Positions 46,732-57,866 of a DNA stretch of 64,000 nt are shown piece after piece. Origin of the DNA: a virus; IMG/VR virus record IMGVR_UViG_3300022939_001737, positions 1 to 64,000 of that record, one strand, 5' to 3'. The position numbers were made by a program, and so were the translations under genes. The notes beneath the pieces were generated by a model. It was given only the letters and a program-made list of their open reading frames with translations. It had not been told where the DNA came from and ran no database searches. The first letter of the stretch is position 1. Every line of letters begins with the position of its first letter.

Positions 46732-47558
46732 AAATATTAGTAACAGGAGATAAAGGGTTTATAGGTGCAAACGTTGCACAATATTTACACGCACAAGGAC
46801 ACGAAGTAGAAGGATGGGATTATGTACCTAATGCTATTCCGGATCCACAAGGCTATGACTGGGTAATACACTTAGGTGCAAATAGTTCTACAACAGAAAC
46901 AGATGTTGAGCTTATATTAGAACAAAATTTAGAAATGAGCACTAGACTTGTACAAGCCTGTGGTCATTTTGGTGTAAATTTACAATATGCATCTAGCGCA
47001 AGTGTTTATGGAGATTGGCGTCCTACACATTTTAAGGAAGACGGTCCGTTACTACCTAAATCGCCATATGCTTGGAGCAAGTATCTGTTTGATAGATTTG
47101 TAAATCAATACAAAGATGAATTTGATATTACAATACAAGGCTTTAGATATTTTAATGTTTATGGGCAATTCAATGAAGAACAAAAAGGAAATATGGCAAG
47201 TCCGTTTACTAAGTTTACAAAACAAGCAAAAGAAAAAGGTTATATTGAATTGTTTAAAGGTTCAGAAAACTATTTAAGAGATTTTGTCTGTGTTGAAGAT
47301 GTTTGTCGTGTACACGAAAAAATGTTTAGTATCAATGAGTCTGGTATTTGGAATGTAGGCACAGGTCGTGCAGTAAGTTTTGATACTGTTGCAAATTGTA
47401 TTTCAAAAAAATACGGAGCAAAAATTAATTATATCGAAATGCCGGAAAATTTAAAAGGTCAATACCAAGAATTTACTTGTGCAGATTTAACAAAGCTAAA
47501 CAATACTATAGATATGGAATGGACAAACATAGAGGATTACATAAATGCAGCGACTTGA
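46728..47558 (+). CDS. hldD: ADP-L-glycero-D-manno-heptose 6-epimerase
   Basis: TGDKGFIG, HLGANSSTTE, YASSASVYG, YAWSK, RYFNVYG, YQEFTCAD. Confidence 0.9.
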   Translation: MKILVTGDKGFIGANVAQYLHAQGHEVEGWDYVPNAIPDPQGYDWVIHLGANSSTTETDVELILEQNLEMSTRLVQACGHFGVNLQYASSASVYGDWRPTHFKEDGPLLPKSPYAWSKYLFDRFVNQYKDEFDITIQGFRYFNVYGQFNEEQKGNMASPFTKFTKQAKEKGYIELFKGSENYLRDFVCVEDVCRVHEKMFSINESGIWNVGTGRAVSFDTVANCISKKYGAKINYIEMPENLKGQYQEFTCADLTKLNNTIDMEWTNIEDYINAAT

Positions 47559-47946
47559 AGGATTTGTAAAAAAGGGTTGGGGTTACGAATTAATTTGGGC
47601 TACTAACGACAAATACTGTGGCAAAATTATGGTTTTTGAAAGAGCAGGTAATATGTTTAGTATGCATTTTCATAGAGAAAAAGACGAAAGTTGGTTTGTT
47701 AATTCTGGCAAATTTAAAGTTCGATGGATTGATACTACTAATGCAAGACTTCACGAAAAAGATTTAGCTGAAGGAGATACCTGGCACAATCCACCACTAC
47801 AACCGCATCAATTAATTGCACTTGTTGACGGTAGCAGTATTACTGAAGTAAGTACAGCCGATAGTGTAGAAGACAACTATAGAGTTGGACCTGGTGATAG
47901 TCAAAGAGCACAAGAAGCTCTAGAAAAAGAAGATACTAATGGTTGA
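47545..47946 (+). CDS. cupin-domain protein (sugar isomerase-like)
   Basis: KGWGYE, SMHFH..KDE, PH, EVST. Confidence 0.8.
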   Translation: MQRLEGFVKKGWGYELIWATNDKYCGKIMVFERAGNMFSMHFHREKDESWFVNSGKFKVRWIDTTNARLHEKDLAEGDTWHNPPLQPHQLIALVDGSSITEVSTADSVEDNYRVGPGDSQRAQEALEKEDTNG

Positions 47947-48553
47947 TATTTATTGGGGAGACGAATCACAACAACCAGGATATATTGCACCTAAGTGTGT
48001 AGTTGGTTTAGATAGAGACGGTGTAATTAATGTTGATATAGGAGACTATGTCTATAAAGTAGAAGATTGGCAGTTCGAAGAAGGAAGCTTAGAAGCTATA
48101 GTAAAATTACGTAAACTAGGACATAAAATAGCAATTATTACAAATCAGGGCGGCATAGCAAAAGGATTGTATACACAACAGGATGTAGATACTCTACACA
48201 ATCATATGTTTGAAGAATTAGGCAAAGCCGGTTGTCATAGCATAGACGGATTGTATTACAGTGAAAGCAGCCACAAAACAGATATGTATGCTAAGCCTAA
48301 CATAGGAATGTTTAGGCGGTGCGAAAAAGAAGTGCCGCACGTTAAATTTTCTAAAGGGTTTTATGTAGGAGATAGGATTAGAGATCTTAAAGCTGCTATG
48401 AAAATAGGTGCAAGACCTATACTAGTTAGAACAGGTCACGGAAAAGAAACTGAAGAACTAATCAACAAAAGATTTACATATCAAAAGATAAAAAAGGCAA
48501 CCAGAGTATTTGATAATTTAGCTGCCTTTGTTGATTATTTAGAAACTGTTTAA
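47939..48553 (+). CDS. gmhB: D,D-heptose 1,7-bisphosphate phosphatase
   Basis: LDRDGVIN, ITNQGGI, KPNIGM, VGD, LVRTGHG. Confidence 0.9.
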   Translation: MVDIYWGDESQQPGYIAPKCVVGLDRDGVINVDIGDYVYKVEDWQFEEGSLEAIVKLRKLGHKIAIITNQGGIAKGLYTQQDVDTLHNHMFEELGKAGCHSIDGLYYSESSHKTDMYAKPNIGMFRRCEKEVPHVKFSKGFYVGDRIRDLKAAMKIGARPILVRTGHGKETEELINKRFTYQKIKKATRVFDNLAAFVDYLETV

Positions 48554-51500
48554 GCCTGAGCTTCGCCCCATTTAAGAATTAAGTTACCAGTTGTATCTGC
48601 ACCACTAACTTTATAGACGTTTAGAGCTAGTACGTCAGGACCGTTAGGATAAGTACCTCTACCACCTAGTGGAGTATTTGTTAGTTCTTTAAGTTCACTA
48701 AAATCAACAGTTGCACGTTCGCCTGGCTGTGCAATGAAAGAGAAAATTGTTTCTCCTGGCTGTGCATAAGGAGGTTCTAACTGTGTAAACTGGATTGTGC
48801 CGCTACCTGCATTTAATGTTCCTGTGAAAGAGTTATTAAATGTAATTCGATAAAATTCTGTGCCGCCGTGGTTCAACAATGATATATTAGATATAAAGGT
48901 GTTTGCAGGGAAAGTAACAGATCCACCTGTCACTGATGTACCTTGTGTTGCTCCAGAGGCATCAAAACTTGCTTTAGTTATATAAGCAAAGTTTCTGTTA
49001 GTTAAATTACCTCCAAATGTGAAAGTAACTGTGTCTCCGGAGTAGAAATAGTTCACATCATTATTAGTATCAATTTCCCAATTTCCGTTATTTCTTTGTC
49101 GGACTCTTTCTACAGTTGCAGCAGGAATAGTTCCTCCGTCACCGTTTGTACCACCTGTAACAGATCCTATTAGTATAGGACCATTAGTAGAATAACTAGC
49201 GCCTTGAAGTCTAAAATTATCGTCGGTATTGGTCTGGCTAGCTAGTATCCCAGTTGTAATTGCACTTTGAGCCGTGACTGTTGTTACTACAGCTGAAGCA
49301 CCCGTTGACCAATTAACAGACGCACCTGCAGCAATCTGTGCAAAACTTGGTTGACCACCTTGTGCTTCTGTACTCAATGTCTGCCACAAGATATCCGCAG
49401 GGTTTGTAGGATAGTTTTTAGGATTAAGTACCCCTTCAACAACAATACCACCTTCAATAGGTGTTCCGCTCGATTGTCCTTCTGACGTAACTTCTAGTTC
49501 TTGCAACAATAACTGCGCACGATTTAAAAGTTCTCGTTCTCCTAAATCTCCAACAAGTGCGTTTGAAACACTCGGTGACAATCTAATTAAAAATGCTGTT
49601 TGTTTTGATGTTGACATTTCTAACGCTGTTTCTGTATAAGAGAAAATGTAACCGCGGTCTTCATCAAAACCACCATCTGTTAAGAACGCAGAACCCCAGT
49701 GTGATATAAGTGGAGTAATAGTTTGTGATATTAATACAACACCAGTTCTTGCATCGTGATTTGCAGCAAGTCCTGCTGTGTATTGTCTATTTGCGCCAGC
49801 CTGAAAGTTTTCAAATGTTGCACCTCTAATTAATCCTGTTAATTGGTTAAGTGTGTCATTTTTTCCAGTAAAGTCAATAATCTCATTATCTATATAGACT
49901 GTTCCATATTCGGGGAAAAAGCTTGTATCTTCTAATGTCATTACTGTATCAGTGTCATTCAAAGCAGCAGCAAGTTTGCCTGAAGGCCCTTCATTGGTAA
50001 CCTCATATCGTACAGGCAAGTTACCTGAACGCATAAATGCTTCTGTGTTTACGTTTGAGTTACGCATTCTATGACAGAATACAAAGTTACCATCTGAACC
50101 ACGTAGCATAAAGTCAATGAAACCGGCACCATACCAGCTGTACTGAATACCAATCATCTGCATCTTAGCAATATCAATATCGTATCCGCTTGGACCGGTA
50201 CCGTCTAGTCTATCTAAATTAAACTCGCTCTGTTTAACTTTTTTATCAACTACTAAGTTAATCTTTGCACCTGTAATATCAACTACTCCTCTAAAGTCAG
50301 GAGTAACTGTACATTCTGTTTGATCGTTAACGTGTGTAACAACGTGTGTCATACCTTTAATAATAATTCTATCTCCGGCCTTGAGTTGATCTACAAATCT
50401 TGTGTTTGTGCCTGTAATTAGATTGCTGTCAACACCTATTGCCACTGTTCCTGCTAACTGTCTGGTACCTGTGCGTTGTACAACAGATATTTGTGTACCA
50501 TCAAATTCCCAGAAAATGCCATTTTGGTCATCAAATATACCAGAGCGTACTGTAGCGCCGTGCCAGCTAACAACACTCATTTGCGATCCAAAACCTAGCA
50601 CTGCTTCAGTTGCACCTAATCTGCGTTGAGCTCTGATTGTAAAAGTTCTTTCGTCTAATACATCAACAACTTCATAGTCAAATGTTGGCGGTACTGCTGT
50701 TTCAGGACCACTGTTGTATCCTGGTGTTTCAACACCTAGCAGGCGCACTATTCCTCCTGATTGTACACCGTGATCATTATCATCTGTTACGACAGTGATT
50801 AATGAACCAACTTCAACTCCGTCGGCTGTTAAACTGCGTAAATCGTAACTTGGAGCAAATAGCGCACCAGTTGTATACATAATACCTTTACCTGACTGGT
50901 AACGAATATACTTTTTACTTTGACGTATTGCTTGCGCACCGTGTTGCGGGCCGCCCGTACCTAACTGTACACCGCCATCATACGGTCTGTGAATAAAGAA
51001 ACTGTCAGGGCGCGGATATACTATTCCAAGTATTGGATCGGCATTATTTGTGCCTGTATCAATAAATCCTTCAGCCCTTGCTTGATATCGTAGACTATTC
51101 ACAGTTGGCACATCAGTAACAAAGAATGATCCAGCAGCAAGATCGTGATTATTATTGCCGTCGTCGGAACCGACAGACACAATAAAGGTGCCGCCTGGAA
51201 CAAGTCCGTGAGCACTAGTAAATTCTATTTCTAATGTTGCTAATGATCCAAAGTCAATATCTGTTAGCCTAGGCATATCAGCTGTAGTCGCTTCTGACAT
51301 TTGTACTGTAGAAATCAAATCAAAATTTGTTCCTCTAGAAGCTTCAATAAAGTCAGGAGTAAACCCAGTCACTCCTCCTGTACCGTCAACCCCGGATACT
51401 CTTATAGTTAAATCATTTAGTGGTGATATGCCTCCTAATGTATTACCCGAAATAATAATTCTATCTCCGATTTTGTAATCTTGGCCGGTGTTCGTTGTAA

Positions 51501-54500
51501 GTATAGTTCCATACAATCCGTTATCTCTAACTAAACTAAATTCTGCATTAGTACCAACATTAGGATCATTTGCCCCAAAAACATCAATGTATATACCAAT
51601 AGGTTCGTAGCCTGTTCCGCTTGATGATACAGTAACAATTTCACCTTCGAGTAAGCTATTAACCCCTGTCACTGTAATTGTAACATCATTAGCAGGACTT
51701 TCTGCCCCGAATAATGTACCAGGTATAGTTAATTCTTGCCCTATATAGTAATTTTCGCCTCCGTTTACAAGATCAACTACATATACAGCATCATTCTGAC
51801 TTACATTAAATTCAGCGTCGGTTGGCGTTACATTACTTCCCGGTTGTCCTTGAGACGTTGCACCATTACTCGTAACACCACTCACTGTTGTTGCAGTGAT
51901 TTCTCCATTAGCACCTACATTATCAATTACAATAGTTACATCATTAGTCGGCGTTGCTCCGCCTACATCTGTACCTAGTACTGTAAAACTTTCTGTAGCA
52001 AGATAGTTTACACCTGTGTTATTGAATGTCACTTCATAGTTTGTGCCATTTACTCTTACATTAAAATCGGCGTTAGTACCCGAAACACTTGTTGTGCTGT
52101 ATGATACGCCATTATATGTCGTGTCTACATTAGGTGCAGTTCCAGCAAAACTTACGCTTGTAATTGCTCCGTTAGGGTCAACTGCATCAACACCTATTTT
52201 TAAAAACTGCAATGGATTAGCAGTTGCGGAAAATATGAATCCTTCAATCCTAATAACATCGCCTACTGCATATCCTGTACCTGCTTGACCAGATGATACT
52301 GTAACATTTGTAAAAACATTATTTAAAAACGTTACATCAAATGCAGCATCAGTTCCTGTGCCGCCTGTAAAAGTAGCTGATTGTGCAGGCAAGTATATGT
52401 CGTTGTTAAAGTGGGTTCCGCTTATTTCAACGCCGGTTGGCGCGATACTGTCAGCACTATCTAAAACTTCTATTACAGTAATTGTAGCATCGTTTTCTGG
52501 ACTTGTACCGCCTAAACTAGTTCCAGGAATAATAATTCTATCACCTACTTTATATCCTTCTCCGCCGTCGTTAGCTACAGCATCTACAACATATGTAAAG
52601 GAAGAATCTACAGCAAAACTAATATCAAATTTTGCATTCTCACCGTCTGAAGTATCATTTACACCTGTAACTCCTGTATAAGTAGTTCTGTTACCTATTA
52701 CTGGTTCAGTAAAGTTGCCACTAAATGTGATATCGTTGTTTGATATACTATCCACATAAATTGCGTAACCGTCACCTCTGTCTACCGCTAAATTCTCAAC
52801 TACTCCGGCTATATTACTTACTGTAACAGTATTATTTCCTGCCTGTACATCTCCTACAAGCGTTGGTGTTAAATATACTCCGCCGCCTTGTGATTGGTCA
52901 ATAATACCAGTAACCTGTGAACCTAAAGGAATTTGTCCGCCCACTGTTTCTAAGGGAGAACCAATTTCAGGTGCATCGTCGTCATAAGGAATAATTGTGC
53001 TCCCTGATAAAACAGCAAGTTCTGTAGTCATTGTACCTGAACTACCTTGACTTGCTACTGTCCAAGATGAGCCACCTATGTCAGCACCTGTATAAAATCC
53101 TGCTTCTCTTAGCTGAGTATATGTAGTAGACAGAATAGTACCTTGAACTGTACCAACCTTAGATTTTGCATAATATGTAAATTCATTATTGGATGGTACT
53201 GTAACAATAACAAACGAACCTTCTGCTCTTGCAGCACCATTTACACTATCTTCAAGTGCTTTTATAGTAATTGGTGTACCTGGTATAAACCCGTGCGGTG
53301 CAACAGTTTTGACTGTTATTAATGATTGACCTACACCTTGTGTTCCCGCTGATGCATCAGTAGTAACTTCTAAAACAGCAGTATCTGTTCCTGGTACTTC
53401 ATACACTGAAGGATAACCTCTTAGTGTACCAATTGCTGCCCATTTAGTAGGCTGTAAGCCGTACTCAAAGTCAGCGTCAAGCATAGATAGAGGTTGTGCA
53501 ATTCTATTACGTTCGATAGCATCAGTGCCAAAATCATAAGGTCGGGTTGTAACAACACTTCGTCCGTTTTCAATTTTTTCAACAAATACCTGTATTTCGT
53601 CGTCTACACTGTGTGAACTTGTATCATAGTTCAATTCAATAAGTGTAACTGCATCTGTGGTTTGTAGATAAAAAGGAAAGTCATCATCAGCTGAATTATT
53701 ATCCGTAATTCTAACTTTAGCACCTGTTTGTACATTAGTAAAGTTATACATAACTTCACTTCTTGTAGAGTTAGTAATTAAAAGTAGTTCATCTGCATTA
53801 TAACGACCTTGAATCTTTACATATCCTAATCCAATTGGTGCTAATACAGGTAAAGCACTTAATCCGTTTTCTATAACATCAACAGTATTAAATGCAAGTG
53901 TATTAATTTTAGCCGGAGCACCTGCTGTTATTGCACCAGCAGTAGCACTTACAAATGTGTGCAAGCTTGTATCTGAACTTACTCCAACATTTACTGTAAT
54001 AGTATTTGATGTTGTAGAGGTAATCTTAACTGGAGAATAGTAATATTTGTCTTTACCGTAGTCGTTAGGAACACCTGATGCTCTAGGATATGGATGAGTT
54101 GTTGCATTACCGTCTAATGCACAAGTAAATGTTATTCCAGCAGGTGCAATGTGTATTTCGTCGCCAACACTTAATGAGTGGCTTCCAATTGTTACTTCCA
54201 TAAATCCTGTTGAAGGATTATAGTTAGCACCTAAAGGTGTATAACTTAAATCTTGAACAGTTTTGGTTGTATCTATGGTTTGTGATACTTCTGTATTTAA
54301 TTTTGTATATACTGTATTTGTAAAAATATAATCGGTAATTAGAGTCCCAATAAATTCGTGTACATCTGTTTCGGGAGTCCTATCGCCATCAATTTGAGCA
54401 ACACCTTGATCCCAATAATATTTGATTGTATTTTTTAAAGTTTCATTGCCGCCATATCTTAAATCTTCTAAGTATGCATCAATTACATAACCAACATCTC

Positions 54501-54699
54501 TTTCGCATTTTTCTGCATTGTAAGTATATCCTACATAACCAACTTGTCCTTGATTAACTTTGTTTTGAATAAATGCATTTGCTTCTTTTTGTATAAAAGT
54601 TTTGTTAGAACTTAATAGTGAGTATGCATCAGGAAATAAATTATCTAATCTTCCTAATCCTGGTTTGAATACATAATTTTTTATTTGTGTCTTCGCCAT
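48550..54699 (-). CDS. very large virion structural protein (2049 aa) with internal repeats
   Basis: T/G/V/S-rich beta protein with KCERDVG, DADFEYG and RYQSGKG motifs. Confidence 0.75.
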   Translation of the reverse strand: MAKTQIKNYVFKPGLGRLDNLFPDAYSLLSSNKTFIQKEANAFIQNKVNQGQVGYVGYTYNAEKCERDVGYVIDAYLEDLRYGGNETLKNTIKYYWDQGVAQIDGDRTPETDVHEFIGTLITDYIFTNTVYTKLNTEVSQTIDTTKTVQDLSYTPLGANYNPSTGFMEVTIGSHSLSVGDEIHIAPAGITFTCALDGNATTHPYPRASGVPNDYGKDKYYYSPVKITSTTSNTITVNVGVSSDTSLHTFVSATAGAITAGAPAKINTLAFNTVDVIENGLSALPVLAPIGLGYVKIQGRYNADELLLITNSTRSEVMYNFTNVQTGAKVRITDNNSADDDFPFYLQTTDAVTLIELNYDTSSHSVDDEIQVFVEKIENGRSVVTTRPYDFGTDAIERNRIAQPLSMLDADFEYGLQPTKWAAIGTLRGYPSVYEVPGTDTAVLEVTTDASAGTQGVGQSLITVKTVAPHGFIPGTPITIKALEDSVNGAARAEGSFVIVTVPSNNEFTYYAKSKVGTVQGTILSTTYTQLREAGFYTGADIGGSSWTVASQGSSGTMTTELAVLSGSTIIPYDDDAPEIGSPLETVGGQIPLGSQVTGIIDQSQGGGVYLTPTLVGDVQAGNNTVTVSNIAGVVENLAVDRGDGYAIYVDSISNNDITFSGNFTEPVIGNRTTYTGVTGVNDTSDGENAKFDISFAVDSSFTYVVDAVANDGGEGYKVGDRIIIPGTSLGGTSPENDATITVIEVLDSADSIAPTGVEISGTHFNNDIYLPAQSATFTGGTGTDAAFDVTFLNNVFTNVTVSSGQAGTGYAVGDVIRIEGFIFSATANPLQFLKIGVDAVDPNGAITSVSFAGTAPNVDTTYNGVSYSTTSVSGTNADFNVRVNGTNYEVTFNNTGVNYLATESFTVLGTDVGGATPTNDVTIVIDNVGANGEITATTVSGVTSNGATSQGQPGSNVTPTDAEFNVSQNDAVYVVDLVNGGENYYIGQELTIPGTLFGAESPANDVTITVTGVNSLLEGEIVTVSSSGTGYEPIGIYIDVFGANDPNVGTNAEFSLVRDNGLYGTILTTNTGQDYKIGDRIIISGNTLGGISPLNDLTIRVSGVDGTGGVTGFTPDFIEASRGTNFDLISTVQMSEATTADMPRLTDIDFGSLATLEIEFTSAHGLVPGGTFIVSVGSDDGNNNHDLAAGSFFVTDVPTVNSLRYQARAEGFIDTGTNNADPILGIVYPRPDSFFIHRPYDGGVQLGTGGPQHGAQAIRQSKKYIRYQSGKGIMYTTGALFAPSYDLRSLTADGVEVGSLITVVTDDNDHGVQSGGIVRLLGVETPGYNSGPETAVPPTFDYEVVDVLDERTFTIRAQRRLGATEAVLGFGSQMSVVSWHGATVRSGIFDDQNGIFWEFDGTQISVVQRTGTRQLAGTVAIGVDSNLITGTNTRFVDQLKAGDRIIIKGMTHVVTHVNDQTECTVTPDFRGVVDITGAKINLVVDKKVKQSEFNLDRLDGTGPSGYDIDIAKMQMIGIQYSWYGAGFIDFMLRGSDGNFVFCHRMRNSNVNTEAFMRSGNLPVRYEVTNEGPSGKLAAALNDTDTVMTLEDTSFFPEYGTVYIDNEIIDFTGKNDTLNQLTGLIRGATFENFQAGANRQYTAGLAANHDARTGVVLISQTITPLISHWGSAFLTDGGFDEDRGYIFSYTETALEMSTSKQTAFLIRLSPSVSNALVGDLGERELLNRAQLLLQELEVTSEGQSSGTPIEGGIVVEGVLNPKNYPTNPADILWQTLSTEAQGGQPSFAQIAAGASVNWSTGASAVVTTVTAQSAITTGILASQTNTDDNFRLQGASYSTNGPILIGSVTGGTNGDGGTIPAATVERVRQRNNGNWEIDTNNDVNYFYSGDTVTFTFGGNLTNRNFAYITKASFDASGATQGTSVTGGSVTFPANTFISNISLLNHGGTEFYRITFNNSFTGTLNAGSGTIQFTQLEPPYAQPGETIFSFIAQPGERATVDFSELKELTNTPLGGRGTYPNGPDVLALNVYKVSGADTTGNLILKWGEAQA
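51380..52640 (-). repeat. about five degenerate protein-level repeats in the 2049-aa protein
   Basis: Recurrent G..Y..GD.I.I.G..LGG..P.ND.TI.V unit. Boundaries approximate. Confidence 0.65.
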
Positions 54700-54702
54700 T
54701 AC

Positions 54703-55596
54703 TTATAATCCAAATGCTATAGATAGTGCTAGTGCTGTACTATCAGTGTATTGTTTGTTTGTTATATCTTCGTCCGCTGTCGGTGTCGCAGTAACCTTTG
54801 CTGTGCTAAATGATGCAGCAGCCGGTGTAATTGCTCCAATTGTACTGTTATTTATTGTACTATCAATTATTGTTCCTGACAAGCCGGTTGAACCTATTTT
54901 TGATATTTCTTGTCCTTCTATTCGCAAAGATATTTCGTTTACTGCCTCTAACTCTAAGTTATTAGAGGATGCTAAACTTGTAATTCCTGTGCCGCCTACA
55001 TTCAGTGATCCGCCGATATATAAATCTTTTTCAATTCCTAATCCGCCAGCTAACGTTACTGAGCCAGTAGTAGGAGAGGTCGAATTTAAAACATCAGTTA
55101 CACTTATTGTTCCAAATCTTCCTATTGGATCAACAACATTTATGACACCAAAATTAGTACGATTTGTATCTGTATAATACAGCGTATCTGGAGCATTCAA
55201 CGGTATACTAAATCTTAAAGTACCGTCGTTCTTTCCCTGAGCGTCAGATCCTGTTGATCCGTCACTGTGAGAGATGCCTGTGTTGTATAAACCAGAATCT
55301 ATTTGGTTTCCTGAAACTATAAAAAAGTTTAGTACAGGAACATCAAGAGCAAAAGTATATACTGATTGCCTAGCAACACTTATAGAAGGATTTGTGCCCG
55401 TAGCTTCTGCTATAGAAAATGAGTTAGTTTGTGTATCTACTGTTACGGTGAAATCAACAATAGTTACATCGTCATCGTCGCCTGGAGTAGTTGCTGTGAT
55501 AATACTATTTGCAATAATATTACCTTCTTCATCTACAGTGAATCCTGGCCCTTTGAAACCATATTTTGATTCAAACGGTGAATTAATTACAGCCAT
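54703..55596 (-). CDS. virion structural protein
   Basis: APDTLYY, GGLGIEKDLYIGG, TNKQY.D..ALALSIAFG, typical of tail/fibre proteins. Confidence 0.65.
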   Translation of the reverse strand: MAVINSPFESKYGFKGPGFTVDEEGNIIANSIITATTPGDDDDVTIVDFTVTVDTQTNSFSIAEATGTNPSISVARQSVYTFALDVPVLNFFIVSGNQIDSGLYNTGISHSDGSTGSDAQGKNDGTLRFSIPLNAPDTLYYTDTNRTNFGVINVVDPIGRFGTISVTDVLNSTSPTTGSVTLAGGLGIEKDLYIGGSLNVGGTGITSLASSNNLELEAVNEISLRIEGQEISKIGSTGLSGTIIDSTINNSTIGAITPAAASFSTAKVTATPTADEDITNKQYTDSTALALSIAFGL

Positions 55597-55620
55597 TATT
55601 ACTCTCCTATATGTTATTTA

Positions 55621-56040
55621 TCAGACAATAGGAGGAGTAAGTGTGTGAAAATATTGTCCTGTGAATATAGCTTTGGCGCCAGTAAAGTTTGTTCCAAGCT
55701 CTGTATCTATAACCGGAGTAAGATTTACATCAACATAACTGTCATTAACTGTTACTTCGACTTCTACAATGTCATTAAGAGTATTATTTCTTGCAAATAC
55801 TACAACACTTGCTCTATCAATACTAGCAGTAACTAATGCTTTAAGTATTTCTTTGTTGTCTCTATCAAAGTCTACACTTATAGTATATTCAACTGTTGCA
55901 AAATCGCCAACGTGCCATCGATCTATGCGTGTAGAACCATAGATTTGTTTCCAGGGACCTTTATGACTTAATCCTGCGTTATTTCTAAATAATACTGTGT
56001 TTTTCATTCCTTTTGCTAGGAATTTTTTTAGATCTTGCAT
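55621..56040 (-). CDS. hypothetical late protein
   Basis: 139-aa ORF with TAAATA upstream near 56065-56070. Confidence 0.65.
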   Translation of the reverse strand: MQDLKKFLAKGMKNTVLFRNNAGLSHKGPWKQIYGSTRIDRWHVGDFATVEYTISVDFDRDNKEILKALVTASIDRASVVVFARNNTLNDIVEVEVTVNDSYVDVNLTPVIDTELGTNFTGAKAIFTGQYFHTLTPPIV

Positions 56041-56070
56041 TATGATACCTTGCTATTGACACAGTATTTA

Positions 56071-57864
56071 TCAGTTTTTTACAGTTATTAATTTTCCGTA
56101 TTCGGGCAAGTAAAGATATTCTATTCTACTATTAACTAAAGTACGTACAGCATCATCTAGAGTTTCCACTAAAGGTTCGCCGCCTAAATTGAAACTAGTA
56201 TTGAAAATAATTGGACAACCTGTGCGTTCTTTAAATGCTTTAATTATATTGTAATAGTTTTCATTCTGTTCTTTATTCACTGTTTGTATGCGACAAGTTC
56301 CGTCTACGTGAATAATAGCAGGTATTTTTTCTTCAACACCGGGTTGACAATTTACAGCATACATCATTGTAGGCGACGACTTCATACCGCGTAGATCAAA
56401 CCATTCGTGTGCATCTTCTTCTAGAATTGATCCTGCAAACGGACGAAAGTACTCTCGACGTTTGACTTCGTTTACAAAATCCTTACCATTAGGATCTGTT
56501 GGATCATACATAATACTTCTGTTACCTAAAGCTCTTGGACCATTTTCACTTTTACCTTGAAACAGTGTAACGATATTTCTATCAACCATTAAGTTAATTA
56601 TATCGTCTTGTGAGGCATCAACTATACCGGCATTATACTTTTTCACAACACTTTCGATTTCAGAATCGGTATAGCAGTATGCCGGACCGTAGTAAACTGT
56701 TTCTGCTTGTGGTTTAACTGTAGTATCACCGGTAGTATTGTGATGCCAAAGTAAAGCTGCACCCATTGCTGTGCCTGCATCATTAGAAACAGGCTCTACA
56801 TAAATTTCAATTCCTTCGTCTTTTAATTCGTTAAGGTAATAATAATTTGCTACACAATTTAATCCATAGCCGCCACTTATAACAACTTTTTTACAATCAC
56901 TTAGTTCAACAGCGTGTCTAATTAAATCTGCTACTGCTTTTTGTGATTCTGTTTGTACAGCATACGCCATATCTCTTCTATTATCTAAAGTGGTTATGTC
57001 ATCTGCTTCATAGTTTTGTAAGTACTTGTACATATTTGCATTTACAACAGCACCGTTAGGATATCTTGGTAGTATTAAATTTCTATTTGTTGTAGGAACT
57101 ATACAATCATTATCTTCTATAATTTCAGGAAATTCGTCATTAGGTTTTCCGTAAGGAAATAGTCCCATAGTTTTACCTGCTTCAATACTGCTCCAACCAC
57201 AATATTCTGTTACTGCTTCATATGCTTTTACAATACCTGCTTTGTCTGATAAGGACAAATTAAATTTTGCGTCTGGTTCCCAATCTCCGCCACTAAAATC
57301 CGGAAGATAAACATTAACCAACATATTTCTTGCACCCATTGTTTTGTGCAGTGTTTCGATATTAGCAGGATATGTGCATTTGTAGATACTTTCAGTTTCA
57401 TATACAGTCATACTTTCGTCTCCTATTGTAAGAGGAAAGAAAGTTCCTGCTCCATCAACAATTACTGCAACTGCTTCTTCAAAACCACTATTATAAAAAG
57501 CAAGTCCAGCGTGTAACTTATGATGGAACATTGCCATATCAATCACTTGCGGGTGACCGTCATCCGAATGAGGTAAATCTTCGATTAAACCTATTTTTCT
57601 AGCAAGCCCGGTGTAAATATCTTCACCGGTATAATCAAGTTGTCCCGCACCATTAAGTGGTGTAGTATGTGCAACAACCAAATAATCAATTTTATCTGTA
57701 TACTCTTTAATTGCAAGAATAGATGCTAGAGGTCCACCGTCGTACTTTTTTCTTGTAAGTCTTTCTTCTTCTATACTAAAAACTATCTCGCCATCTTTTA
57801 GAAGACAAACTCCTGCGTTATGTCCTCTTGCAATGCCTGCTATCCAAACTGGACTATTTTCCAT
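56071..57864 (-). CDS. carbamoyltransferase (NodU/CmcH/TobZ family, full length)
   Basis: GHNAG, EEERL.R.K, HHKLHA, VDGAG, GKTMGL, GGYGLNC, DAGTA.GAA, GPRALGNRS, RPFA, HVDGTCRIQ, NTSFN. Confidence 0.93.
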   Translation of the reverse strand: MENSPVWIAGIARGHNAGVCLLKDGEIVFSIEEERLTRKKYDGGPLASILAIKEYTDKIDYLVVAHTTPLNGAGQLDYTGEDIYTGLARKIGLIEDLPHSDDGHPQVIDMAMFHHKLHAGLAFYNSGFEEAVAVIVDGAGTFFPLTIGDESMTVYETESIYKCTYPANIETLHKTMGARNMLVNVYLPDFSGGDWEPDAKFNLSLSDKAGIVKAYEAVTEYCGWSSIEAGKTMGLFPYGKPNDEFPEIIEDNDCIVPTTNRNLILPRYPNGAVVNANMYKYLQNYEADDITTLDNRRDMAYAVQTESQKAVADLIRHAVELSDCKKVVISGGYGLNCVANYYYLNELKDEGIEIYVEPVSNDAGTAMGAALLWHHNTTGDTTVKPQAETVYYGPAYCYTDSEIESVVKKYNAGIVDASQDDIINLMVDRNIVTLFQGKSENGPRALGNRSIMYDPTDPNGKDFVNEVKRREYFRPFAGSILEEDAHEWFDLRGMKSSPTMMYAVNCQPGVEEKIPAIIHVDGTCRIQTVNKEQNENYYNIIKAFKERTGCPIIFNTSFNLGGEPLVETLDDAVRTLVNSRIEYLYLPEYGKLITVKN

Positions 57865-57866
57865 AT

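Noticed and set aside
11685-48553. Bacterial chromosome LPS locus or prophage-host junction
   Set aside because: The sugar genes are interleaved and translationally coupled with T4-like core genes and share phage promoter motifs. No integrase or host housekeeping synteny is present.
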